Source of the DNA: Lingula anatina
Taxonomy: Eukaryota > Animalia > Brachiopoda
NCBI GenBank assembly: GCA_051362555.1
Contig: CM120640.1
Location: 68,116,788 to 68,180,787 of the forward strand
Direction: 5' to 3'
DNA: 64,000 nucleotides
Shown here: piece by piece, positions 26,738-45,500 of the stretch
Layout: each line of letters opens with the position of its first letter
Position numbering within the stretch: the first letter of the stretch is position 1
The notes under the pieces: generated by a model
Seen by the model: the letters and a program-made list of their open reading frames with translations, nothing else
Database searches by the model: none
What the model was told of the DNA's origin: nothing
Made by a program: the position numbers and the translations under genes

Positions 26738-29700
26738 TTAAGTCCCAGAGACACAATTTTTGGTTCAGGATGCTGTGAAAAAAATAGTTTTCCGAGTTAA
26801 GATAAAGTCTGCAAATATAATCCCACTTTAGTAAAATATTATATGGTGTTGCCACCATCACTTAAAAGGAAGAGATTTTTTGTTACATTATGTTGCAAAC
26901 ATAAAACGATTTGTTTAGCAGAATTCACCTATTTACCATTAAAGTTTTATATTTTTTTCCTTGTTTTATAAGTTTTTTTTTCTGGTGATATAACATGGCC
27001 TCAGGCAACGGTTGCATGTATGTAAACATTGATTTCAAGCAGATGACTGTGTTATGATTTTCAAATTCAGCAATACCACTGTTATTTTTAACCTAACTCT
27101 CATAATTATTTTATGGTTACTATTATTTATTTTATGGAATAATCATCATTGCTTTGCAGTTTTACAATTTACTTTCATTTTTGTTGTTTATTTGTCTTTT
27201 TTTTTTTTTTGCATTTGCGTTATGATTGTGGTACTTCTTTAAAAAGTTGCTAATAATTGTTACTGAATTGACAATTGCAAATGGATTGTATTTGACGCCA
27301 GTTACAAATCCAGTGCCGACGTTCTGCATTTAAAACCACTCTAATTTTTTCAATAATTGTTTAATTTTTTAAAAAATTTATTTTATGGTAAATGTTATTT
27401 TTCATAATAACATACTGTAAATTGTCTCCCTCTCACAGTATACATGCCAATGCCCAATTTTCATTTAAAAAATTTAAATACCAGTAACTTCACTTACGAA
27501 GCATTTTCCGCCTTATCAACACTCCAGCATTCTACATGTTCACAACTGTTCTATGTCTGGCACAGAAACTCCGTATATTGAAAAGTTACCCCTCCAAGCC
27601 CAACATATCTCGCCTCGTGCTGCGACGCGCGCCTCTGGGGAGCTCGAGTAATAAATGTCATGAAACGATACTTGAAAATGTTAGCCTTGGAATCGACGCG
27701 AGTTTCCACCCCTGCGGAGAGTTTGTAACTTTTCAACCCTTCAATTTCCCGTCTAATCGATATGGTGTGCCCATGCAGGCTTATGTGGTATATTCTCACT
27801 TTTGTGGGCGCAAAGAAAAAATTGAATCACCCGCACGAAAACCACAATAATATTCCCCTCTGCGTCAAAACTAATTTTATTTTTTTTAAATTGAATATAG
27901 TTAAGGCTTGGCTTTTTCGCAACTGGACATTTCCTTTTTAGATTGTGTATTTTTCAAAGGTTAAATGCATTAACCGCGCTAAAAGAAAGGATATACAATT
28001 TAAATTCAACACCATTTAATGAAACATGATAAAAATTAAAAGAAGGAAGGGCTCGGTTAGAGAGCTACTTAGAGTCATTTGGAGCAGATTTTGAGACAAT
28101 ATGACTCAAGTTAAGACAAAACTGAAAATGTTAAACGTTAAGTTCCCTTGGTCCCTTTCTTCTGGAGATTTATGCACATCACAGTTTGACGGTTTCACAA
28201 AGACAGTTTCGGAAAAAGTAATTTTTTTCATAAAAATATCAGCAAACTCGATATTCTTTCCATTCTCCATATCCTTCCCCAATCTCGGCGGTCAGTAAAT
28301 AGATGGTTGGTAATGCATTTTGGCCTTCTGTACTTTGTTACCCCAGAAAACTGTGCGTGTTTTCCTATTTACATCTCTGCGCAAAAACTACACCGACTCC
28401 GGAGGCTATGACATAAACCGTAATTATTCCAAGATACGCAATCTTACATCTAAATACCAAAGTTCCGTTAATAATCGCATGCAAATATATTCTCCAGCCG
28501 GGCAAGCTCCTCCACATTTCGACATATCTTCCTAATCTGAGGAACAGGCTGAAACAACTAGGCTTAGACTGTTACAGAGGACGCGAAAATAGTTGCCTAA
28601 ATTGTTTCCACCAAATCTCCGATATCTATCTAATAGATACAGTATGACGGCATGGTTTAAATTATCTTCTTGCTGCAAAATATCTTTTCAGAGGCGAGAA
28701 GAACGGTGTTTTCTGCGCTGGGTACACATGGCATTGATTAGGTCGATCCATTTGGGTGCAATCAGCAGGGAGAAAACACGTATGCTGGTTTCAAATAAAG
28801 ACCATGTAACATTACGAAAATTTGGCTTTTAGATCGAATTACTCTGTCAAAAACAATTCCGATGAACAGAACGCAATGTTTTAACAAGTGGCCGGCAACT
28901 AGTTAGGTGGGTCCAACAAGGAAATTTTTATTTCGCTTTAAGAAAGTAGATACACTGCTCCATTCCCTCGGTGCAACGGCAAGGTGAGAATAAATGTGGA
29001 CGTTGTCACGTGACGCAATGCCTGGCAAAACATCCTCGGCACCTGTAGACATAAAAAAAGCAAAAACCTGCGTCCGACTGAGTAAAACTTGGAACAGGTC
29101 TGTATCATTTTTGTAAAACGTGTCAAATTGAATAAGCGCATTATTCGCGAGTTTTAGTGACCCCAGGCGCTTTATTGAAAGCACAGCTCGGCGCGTACCC
29201 AGTAACAACCCCACACAGCCGCTCCATCTTCGGGCTGCTAGTACCCAATTATAGTCAGCTAGGACAAGTGAAGAAAAATGTTGATACAAAGTGTTCAAAT
29301 TTATGTTCACCTTCGTCCTGGCATTTTGTTAGCAAGAGATACTTCTTTTTAGAATGCGTCTTAATTGACTTTGACATTTTTTTCTTGTTTGAGCTGAATG
29401 GTGCACGTTCTTGAACACATACAACACGTATTTTGTTCATTTCCACGTCCGTCAGAGAGCAACGTTAACCGGTGGAACGCGTGAAAACGATCCCTGGGGG
29501 TGTTATCACAGAATTAAAAATTTGCCCAGAACATGTGTGGGCTAGCAATGGTGAAATAGATGAGGAGAGGCGATTTTGAGCGGACGCTTTTCTCCCTTTT
29601 ATAAGTACTGGTATTTTAGAAAGTACTTTTAAAAGAAAATTTTACTTCGGTTGACGCAGAAACACCAGGAATAATGTTCACTTTATTTGTAAGAATTGAT

Positions 29701-32700
29701 AGACGTTGACTTGCTTTTTTAAAAATTTCAGTGGTTCGTCTTGCACAAATTGTCGACAAAAAAAAAAAACAAAAAAAAAAAAAAATAGAAAATGTAATTG
29801 AAAAATATAAAAGAAAAGAAAATTAAGAGTATTGTTATTATGTTAGTTATGAGGTTGTTCACCCCCAATTTGCAAAATTTACAAAATATGCGAAAATGAA
29901 ATAAAAGTCATGCTCGCAAGTTTCGCGTTAAGTCAGTGATCGTGAAAGAATTTTCTAGTCTTTTCTCAACTTTGGACAAACATTGGCGAAAGTTATGAAA
30001 ACACGCCGGGGAAATCGTTAAAGGGAGCATAATCAGCCCATGGGAGTCAAAAGACTTTTCAAAAATTTTGTTATGTGGTTTTAATTTTTTCATATTGCAA
30101 GCGTAACGATTTTCTCTTAACCTGCTGACATTCTCGCAGTTTTCAATTTTGATTTCGTGTAATAATGTCATTATGTGCGATTCCCGCTGAGACAAACAGC
30201 GAAAAAAGATGTTACGGGTATGTTTCGTAACGCGGAGTCTTCCTAATGATATGGAAAAGGACTGTGTTGAATTTGAAAGATGAAAGTCGAATTTGACCTT
30301 AAGAACCGTTTCCTAATGGTCCGTGTCGGTGTTTTTGATACATGTGATTTTACTTGTTGCTACGCTTTCAATTCTTAGCACCGACCTGACAACAATAATA
30401 GGAAAAATCAGGTCTTGGGAAAGACGCAGCAGTTTTTAGTTTCTTTTATTTTAAATAGTTTTCTGCCGGTCTGGTTTTTACGATTAAGGCTATCGGTTCC
30501 AGGTCATTTATTGGGGAAGATCGCTTAGAAACGATTGATATAGGAGACATGAAAAATGCAAAATAACATTATCAGATCTACGTTATTCATAAAAACTAAT
30601 ACTTATCGCTCCACCTATAAACTCTTCATTAGCTGAACAACCCTTACAGGTAGCTATTTGACTTGAACTGTCTACGTAACCGCCCCTTACGATGGCTGCA
30701 TTTGTAACAGTTGGGCATTAACGCGCAACGAGTAATCTTCAGACAATTTAATTCGGATGGATTAGGTTGGGTGGATTCCGTGTAGACTTGTGGGTAGAAA
30801 TTCGATTCTAATTCAACCTCTTGAAGACTCCATTATGTACATAGTAAAGGGAATAATCGAAAAACATTAAACAAAGTAGCTTGTAGGAAGAAATGTGAAA
30901 CCCAGGACTGTTAGGCCAAGCCAATGACGGGATGCGACTTATTCTACTTATCAAAAAAGATTTAAAAAACCCTGTTCAAATGGCATTCGCCAAAATTCAT
31001 CAAAGTTAGAAAACAAAATAAAAAGAAAAAAGTGATAACTTTTGAATTTAAAGGGGCTCAAATATTGAACCATTCTTTTGGAGACAGCGTCTCTCTGAAA
31101 TAAAGTGGCAGAATCCAAGGTAAAAAATAGGAGATATTTTGCAGTCTTGGAAAAAACAACGTTGGCAGCCAATACGCTGATAAAACAAAAATGATATAGT
31201 AATACATCTCATATTCAGAGATCATTACTTTCAATGTCTTCATGCAAAAATAAAAAATTCAAATCTGCACTTAATAAAAAAATTAGCTGACTCATGCAAT
31301 AAAACAAAATACACTACCACTTGTTTTGGCCTCTTTACTGTCTCTTAGTTGCTAACACACTAATTTGCATCTTTACATATTATCAGTCACCGACTTAAGC
31401 AACTGTCAAACACCGTGATATTGGTTACATTCGATCTCCACTCAACAAACTACACCGTCGATCAATACGGAAAGTCACGCTAGAATGAAATGATATAGTT
31501 AAGCGTTTGTTAAAATGATGTTTGTTTATTATATTACCATTGCCGCCAGATTTTCGCAACAACTGGTGCCAACCTTTGCTTGTACGTTTTGTTTGTCAGC
31601 TAAAAGACATGACAGACAAAACAAACATTGAGAAACCATAATTACAGGAAATAAGAACGTGACTGAGAAGAATGTGAATAGGTGTTTAAAACAAGTTTTG
31701 AATCCCTCTGCAATCGCTATAGTGTGGTTACAATCACGTTTCGTAATAATTGTATCGAAATGAAGTTAAATCGGAACTGCGAGAGTAGCAATGGATAAGA
31801 TTGGATACAAAATGTCTACAAAGATGGCTTTTGATTAAGAACCTATTTCAAAACTGGCCGTTTCAATTTTCAGTCACTTATGGGTTGGTCAACGCAGTGA
31901 GACGACTGGAATTAAAAACGCATAAATTCGCCATGTTGACATCGTTTAATTCTGTCTTCCGGGTCATTTATGCAATGTTTTAAAACCTTAAAAAGTAAAC
32001 ATCTAAAAACAGCCAAAACACGTCATTGTTCCTGATTGATGGTTTTCGTTCAGAAGATTAGCGTTATATGTATTACATTGATTGATCTTATTAGCCGCAA
32101 TCTGCACAATTCCACTTAAAGTGAGAACCTGCGTCTCCACGGCTTTTGTTTAAGATACTGAAAAATAAGTTGTTTGAATGGGTGGTTTACCATAATATTA
32201 TATGACGTTAATGCCGGACAGGAAGGATTACGAGGACAGGTGAAAATTAATACACGTAAACACTTTTACCTACAATATGGGGCTCAATAGTATGATCTCA
32301 TTATGAGTCATAAGAAACTACACGACTTGACGAGTGTAATGCCGGCTTTTAGATAGCCAAAGTTCAAAATAGAGACAAAAGGTTATTTACTTATATAGCA
32401 GATAAGATAAAGTATAAGGATAAAAAATAACAGTTAAATCAATAAAAAAACACGATTGCTCATTTTAGAATCAACTGCATATAATCTCCAGGATTGGATT
32501 TCACTGAAATTTCCGAGAGTCGATTGATAACTTATTTAAGTAAAAGAAATAGTACGTGTGGAGTGCGTACATATAACAGATGGAGCTAAAAAAATCGAGA
32601 GACTGGTTTTTGGCTTCCACCTGCTACCGGCTGGCCATATGTCTGTCTCTCTCCTATTCCCCGATATGTCAATGTTGATACTTGCTCAGCTGTAGGAAAC

Positions 32701-34528
32701 AAGATACTTGGTTACCTGGTCGCATGTTTGCTTATAAACTTTCATCGAGATATTTGACTACCGGATAGAAAGCCCATCAGGCCGCCATCAGCGCAGACAG
32801 GACCTCTTCACTTCTCCACTCTTCAATAAACAGCACCTATAATGAATTTACTTTCGTCAAAGACAAGGGATTAGGCCATCAAGTCGTTATCGACGTGTAT
32901 ACAATTCCAAAACATTCGTTTAGCTTACGGCCACGGATACGATTTCACCATTACGGCGACCTCACGACAAGGTGAAAGTGATTGACAATATCATTAGCAG
33001 CTTTGCTGAAATTAGACATCGTTTACTGGCCCTGGCGTAAGCTGCCACTAGAAAGGAGAGATAAACAAGCACTAGTAGCCCACAAGGTGTTAGCATATTA
33101 CCGAGTGTTAAACAAATTTTGGGTAAAATCAATGAAGAGGTGAAAATAAAATGACTGCAAAAATAATGAATAATGGATGTTGATGACTGAATTACTTTGA
33201 CTTATATTTACAAGTAAATAAATTGATTGAAAACGAGTGATAATACTTGAACACACCAATATCAGTGGTTAATCGGAAACAAATCTTTCAAAGCACTTTT
33301 AACTAGAATCAAAGTCGTTGGGCTAGATTTTGAAAAAACATGAATAAATACATGAAAATTTGATATCAATAAACTTGAACAAACGTGCTTCTTTTCGGGT
33401 CTGCGTGGGCTTAGGAGAAAAACAAAAAGGTTTTCTAAACGAAGAGATATTTTATTGTATCAGTACATAGATCGTTAAAAAAAAAATCCCGACTTCACCG
33501 AAGTCAAATCAACCTGGCCAGAAAGACCATAACCATGACATGGTTGTACCCAACCATAACAAAAGCACCAATTTCACAATGGCCTGTATATAACATATTC
33601 GTCTATTCAAAAGGGTGACCAACTTATTGCAAATTAAAATTCCATAAAATACCAATAAGGTAAAGTGTAATAGTTAAGCAGTCTGAAAGCAGAGCTTATC
33701 TGGCCCGTCTTCTTATACAAGAAGCTTGGCTTGGGCAGACAAAAAAGACCCTTCTCTACAAACAAAGGTATATCTTAGTACACATGCAATCCATGGGATG
33801 TGCCTTTCAAGGAAACCTCCAGATCAATGCAGCACATATGACAACAAACTCATCTCTGTCCCTATGCTATCATCATCTGAATATCCCCACTGCTAAAGGG
33901 TTTATCCAATAAGAATATTAAACTCTTAAATTCTCAAGAATAAATTCCCAGAATGGCATACAATTGTCACAGATATTTGCTTGAATTAGTTTAAATTGCT
34001 GGCATTTTGTTAACAGGATGCCAATACTTCAAATATGTACTTATTTGTTCACATTCAAATACCATAACCTATAGAGATATCCAGTAAAATTTTTCTTAAC
34101 ATAAAGCTTAAATTTAGATACAAAATTTGATAAACTGAGTGTTGTTACAACTATATCAGAGTTATAATTTATTTTTGATTAGTCTAATATCAATATTCGC
34201 AGAAGCAATAAAATTCGATCTCAATTTGCATGCGACAAATTTTCTTATCATCATGTGATAAAAGTAACATCAATGCTGTTGTCATTAATGCATGTAAACA
34301 GATATTAACATACTGACAATGAGTAATTTGAGGTTTACGTGCTAATACTCAGCTGTCAAAATTCTCAGGCTACCTTACCACACGAGTATTCTTGAAATTG
34401 TTAAGTTTAAACTATTATGCATTAGTAGTTCTTTGACAAGCCCAACACATTAATTCTTAACATGAATCCCAAATAATTCTTATTAACCCTTTTTTGTTGG
34501 AAATGTATTTAGAGTTGACTGAAAAAGT

Positions 34529-39293
<4,765 letters not shown>

Positions 39294-39517
39294 TTTGACC
39301 TCCCTGGAATGCATAAATTATGAAAAAGGTCTTTGATTGGATATATTTTATTAGTTTTCTTTTAGAAAGGATATTATATAGTATGAAAATAACATTTTGA
39401 TTAATATTATTGTATTTGCTCAAAAACCACATCACTGAACTTGTATTATTGCTTGATTAATTACATTTAATTATTTTCTTGCCTACTTCTGGATACTGCG
39501 GGATTATCATTTTCAAG
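39294..39517. promoter_or_regulatory. Bidirectional TRIM23/TRAPPC13 promoter and 5'-UTR region
   Basis: Only 224 bp separate two divergent start codons. YY1-like AAAATGGCG (minus) and AAGATGGAG (plus) overlap the two ATGs; ETS-like ACTTCTGG near 39485. Confidence 0.7.
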
Positions 39518-42500
39518 ATGGAGTCCGGGAAAGAGAGAGAACACTTTCTGGCATTGAAAGGTACGTTATTTAATCATTTACATGCATGCATTTGCGTTTA
39601 GATTTTAAATAGCACAAAAGGATGATATGAATAAATAATATGGTAGTTGTCACTTTTGTTGCTTGATTGGCATTGAAGTTATGCTGATATACTTTTACAC
39701 TGAACAACCGTTCTCCTCACCCCCTCCCCTCCACTTGCACAGGTATTTGAACTGCATGCATATCTAACCTTGAAAAATACAATGGGAATTGTGGCTTTGT
39801 TTTGAAGTTGTTGCAAAGCAAGATGTTGAATAAGGTAATGCAAAATAATAATAATAATAAAAGATAAAAGTCCATAAAATGTTTATGATTATTCTGCTTT
39901 TGGAATCAGAAAAATCCATGCATGAGGACCCTTATTTATGTTTTGTAATATGTAAAAATATGCACCGAGAGAGAGTTTGTTAATGGTGGTCTTAAATGGC
40001 GGTGTGGTTTCATGGCAGCATAACTGATCCACAAGCAGGTTAATAGAGAGTTTCCGTTGCCGGTGAGATACGCCGGCTAGATTAATACGTCATCGGTATG
40101 TGCGCACTTGTGACGTTCACCGCATTCATATACCGTCGTCCAATCTAGTCTGCGGAATACAAGCGCTCCTATCTAGCCAGTGCGGAAGATTATTGAAACT
40201 AGTTATTAAAGGTTATGTTTGCTCATTTATATGCCTTATATAATTTTTTACAATAGTTCAAGTGTACGTTCATGCAAGTTTCGACTTTTTAAGCGAGAGG
40301 AGTCGCTAGTTTTGGTTTATCAGGCACGTAGTCGGGGGTTGATCTTACTAACCGCCATATTTGTCGTAAAAAATTGAATTTTTGGGTAATATATGTCTCC
40401 TTTTTCATAAAAAAAGAATCTCCACCTTGGAAATAGATGGCTAAGGGGCCGTATATTGTTAATTATATTGGAATGAGCGGGGCGGGAAGCGCCAGCATTC
40501 TGGAACTTTACCGGAACGAGAAAAGAGTAGCGCGTTACTAGATACATTTGCACATACGTAACAATCTAGCCGTCGTATCCCAACTGCACCGGAAACTCTC
40601 TAATCTTACCTCATTCATAGCACTGTCAACAGCAAATTTGATTGACTTTTTGGCAGTGTGTGACTTAAGAAGGTGAGAGGTAAGGCAAAGATTTGAGAGC
40701 TCCTGCATTGGGGTGGACACGCTAGCTGAACACCATACAGTTCTTTACATCTGATCAACATCATGCTGTAGCACATATATTATCAAAAAGCATAAATAGG
40801 AGTAGTAAGGCATGAATTTTTATGGTACCAATTTTGCTGTCATGAAAATGTTTGCAGAAAAATATATCTGTGCTATATCTATGTTATTATACAGATAGTC
40901 CACCAAATTATAAAGAAAGACCATTTTCAGTACCTCTGACATCCTTATCCCATTGTTACATAATGTTGCAAACAGCTGCGTATAGCCCCTACTCCATATT
41001 TAAATTAAGAGTCAACTTACCGTGCATGATGAATGACTTATGTCAACACAAAGTAGCATCATCTTGGAAAACAGCCCTTCTATGTATATTTGATAATGGC
41101 AGTTGGCTATTCAAAGGGAATACTGTTGGATGTTTTAGATGAATATGATTTCATTTGCACAACAAACACAATGTCTTGTATTTTACTTCTGTTTCATTTT
41201 ACTGACTTGATGTAGGTGTTGTCTAATGCTTATTGGAGTATGTGGTCAAATGAGGTGTTGGCCATTTTTCTATATATTGTGCAATGTTTTTCAAATGCAG
41301 TTATGAGATTTTTTGGACTATGGGCAGATTTCCGACTTTTTGGTAGCAGAAAGTGTCATTTTTGAGATCAATGCAGATATGCACGGCATATTTTCAGACT
41401 TATTCACTCTCATCCTTATATAAGAAATATAAATTGTTGGCCTTTTATTTTTTCCTGACTTCAGCTTGTGAAAATTGGATTTTAATTTTGTTTTTAGAAA
41501 ATACACACAGTGTGTCCTAGTTTAAATGAAAATGAACATCAAAATCTAAACAAGTAATAATCAATGGATGTGACTTGGAATGTTGAAAATCAAAATTTAA
41601 AACTTAACTTGAGCTATGAAAACAAAGCAACAAACAGATTAAGCACTGGCCAATTCTTGTCCATTTTTTTCTCTGGCAAGCGCCTGACCAAATGTTTTTA
41701 GTAGCTTCATTAAAGATTGAATTTTTCATGCTCAACTGGACTTGTGACAGATAAATCTTGCTTTTTTGCCATGAAAAACATTAAAAACATATAGGTTTTA
41801 AACCTTCTTTATTTTCCATATCTTGACATGTGAAGCTAAAATAAATGCTGAATTGGTAAGGAACCATCACTGTGAGAGTCACAATAGTATAGGAGAGTAA
41901 ACTGCAATTACTCTTACCCAATATGACATCTGTTAGGCATGAAACCAAAATTCTTTCCAGGTGAATTATCTTTTACTCACATTGTGGTTGAAAGTGAAAG
42001 CTGGTTTCTGTAGATACATTGCACAGCATTTATGTGACCCAAACTAAAAGTTGTTTTATCATAATAAAATCATTAGCTAACTCGTCTTTCATGCTGAGAG
42101 TGAGGTTTCAATCAGGAAGGCTGTATAAAGTAAACAAATTGAAAGAAAAATAAAAGAAAAACACATTTTTTGTCTTTTATGCTTTAGTAGCATTCAAGGT
42201 TGAGATCACTTCCCTAACTGTTCAATCTTGCCTTTATATGATGGGCATTTCCAAGTTCTTGGCCTTAAACTTTTAATCCTTACCCTCTAGTCACAGTAAG
42301 CAGGCTCTGCTATTGTTTTCATAATGATAAACAAGGAAAAGAATGTGGCAGCCTGTTGCAATCATTTCATTCTAAGCAAAGAAATGTCAAATTTTTTGGT
42401 GTTTACTGAATATGTAACTTTAATTATTATTATTTTTAGCCAGACATTTTTTTTAATGTTTGCATTGTTTATTGTACTTGTTACGGTACTGTGAAAGCAA

Positions 42501-45500
42501 AATACTTACATTATTCATTACTTGGTGCATAAATATACATAAACATTTACTCTGAAATATATTCATATGATTCTAGATTGTATTCATTTACTTTGTTGCG
42601 GTCCTATAAAACATTTCATCAAAGTTCAATAAGTTTTTAGCAAAGGCATGCACTGCTGCTTTATTTTCACTTTGTTTCAATTCATAATACTGCATTTAAT
42701 TTATGATTAATTATCAATAGAACCCTTTGAGTATATAAAAATGCACAGACTTAAATTCTAATGAAAAAAGTCCAGATGCACAGCACCAAGTTCATGAACA
42801 CAGTGCATAATTTAACATTGATCAAGCATAAATGTCAGTGCCATAGTGCATATCATAACACTCAATTCAGTTGTGAATTGTTTCCATAGGATTTGTGTGT
42901 TATGTCCTATATAGAATATATGGTAATACAGTATACATATTTTACATGTGTACACAACATTTAATACTGTGTCTGAATGTGTGGATATTTACAAAACTCA
43001 ATACACCATCACAGCAAATATTTACTGTATTATATCTATAAATATTTCTGAATATAGATCAGAGACTCTGAATCCATAAATATCATTTGATACTTTTACC
43101 ATCATTGTGTGATAAATATTAAGGCAAGACTATGGCATAAGCAACAAAACAGGCATGTTGTATTCACTTGTCTGGGAAATTAATTAAGTCATGGGTGGAG
43201 GTGTTGCTCAGCAATGAGAATTATCATCATATACTGTGAGGCACAGGATGATTAAGCAAACTACTTTTTCTCTCACATCTTTGTGATGCTCCCAGATTTG
43301 GCTGATTAATGTGCCTGGGAATAGGTTACACAATATACATATGTCACATAATGGTATATTTACATCGTCTGGTTTTATCTCTGCTTATGCACATCACTTA
43401 CAATATGTGATGAAAACTTGAGAATGCTAAAGAAGTGCTGCTCGTCTCATTTAATATAACAAATTAAATACTTTTATCCTTGAATATGCAAGCAAGCAAC
43501 TTATACACTGGCAGAAAAAAATATACTGAAATTGTATCAGCATACAGCATAATGGAAATAGTATGTGAGGGAGCTTTGGTGAAAACCACTACATAAAATA
43601 ATCAAAATGTGTAAATTATAAAGGAGAAAATTTTAAAGCGATACATTCAATAACATCCTAAAACGGAAAAAAATCAAATGGCAAAGTGTTGAGAAATGAT
43701 TTAATTTAGATAAATAATTGAAAACCAACAAAATACATTTTCCTAACATGTTTCAGTGTGTTTTCATTGGAAACACATTATCACAAACAAGAAAATGTGA
43801 ATGTTGTATTCAAAAGACACTGAGGTTTTCATTTGCCCATACCAGTTTATGCAGAAAATATATACAGCTGGTGATATGTGGCAAAAACAGTGCTACACCT
43901 CACAGCTAAAGGAGTGATTGTCATGGTCTAGTCACAATACAGTCACATGCTGATCAAGCAGTGGATCGTGACATTTATCATTGTTATTCTTGCTGATTGT
44001 CTCACTATTTGACGTGGCATTTTTGCCCTTCTTATTGTCAGGACTGCTAGTCATGGAGATGGCTGCTGTGGAGAAAGCAGTATTGTTGGCCATGCTTTCA
44101 AAACCTTTCTTTAGGGTAAACTCTTCTTCGTAGATTTTCTGTTGGTTGATGCGTTTCTCGCAGTAGTTCCAGAGACAGTGTTTGACCTTGCGTCCAAACC
44201 ACAGTAACACGGAGGTGGCTGGGGTGAAGATGATCACCCAGAAAGGAACTGTAGAGGCTATGTCTGCACTGGGCTGGTCCAGAGAGAAACGCAAAGACAC
44301 TATCACTATCAGACAGTTGGATATTGCCGTCTCTGTGGCTATTGTTTTCACATTGTCTTTTGGCTGCTTAGCCAAGAATGCAATCCCTCCGCCCAGCATA
44401 AACCCACTCATTGGAAACAGTGCACTGGCCACCATTGGCTTGACAGGTATATCATCAAACATATAATGGTTGATGTAAATTCCAAGAGTCACAAAGAGTA
44501 TGGTCACTAGCAACAAGAGTGGTTTGATCAACCAGTTCAGCATAGCTGCAGCTGCTTCTGGTCGAAATTGTTTGAGCAGAAGTCCCGAGGCGTAGGGTAC
44601 CAGGAGGGCGGCCACCCAGATCTCCATATTGAGCAAAGGATCACTGGACTGGGCTGGCTTAGGGAAGAACTGACCAAGGGCTAACATCCACAGGGGAGCA
44701 GTCACTGAAATGAATAAGATGGAGCTTTATGATAATGATTAAAGTGAGTTTTATAAAAAGCTATCATAGGCTAGGGTAGCACTAGAAAAATTTTTCACTT
44801 AGTCAAATCACTACTTTTTCATCACTTTTTCCTCCATATGTTTTGAATTTAACTAAAACAAATCAAATCAACCCTATTTTGTTTAGCCAATTTAAGTCAG
44901 TTTTAGCATTTGACTGAATTGGCGAGTTTTAGCACTACCCCAGATAGGCATTCACTGGTGTGTGTTACTTTGAAAATATCAGAAATATCATCTAGAAAAT
45001 GTCAGAAGTATAAGTTATACATAAGTCAGCTCAACTTATGTACATTTTTTGTATGTTTAGACTTGTTTTCTTTCTTTCTCTTATTCCTCTGGAGTGATTC
45101 ATTTCAAAATTGCTCCAATCTTGAATTCTATGTTTTTCTTAAAATTATTAAGATTTCATATTTTTCCTTGATATATATATATATTGCTGAACTCCCCAAG
45201 TAATGTTCCTTACCCAGTACCACCAGCATACTAAGGCAGTTCATGGCCAGACACAGTGTCCTCTCCCCATCCATGATGGTCATCACCAGCATGTAGCCAA
45301 AGCCTCCACTGGGGATACAGGCTGTGTAGAACAGACCCAGACCCATCTCATCATTCATACTGAAGATTTTGGCAAGACCAAAGGCAAGCTGAAAGAGACG
45401 GATTAGATTTGATGTTGTGATGAGTAAAAATGTAATAGTAAAGTTGAATTATAGATAATCTCTATTATGTATATATTTTAATTAAAATTAAAAGATTTTC

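Noticed and set aside
32560-33100. CpG-rich stretch that might be an exon or SINE
   Set aside because: No long ORF, no clear A/B boxes and no consistent splice-site pair.
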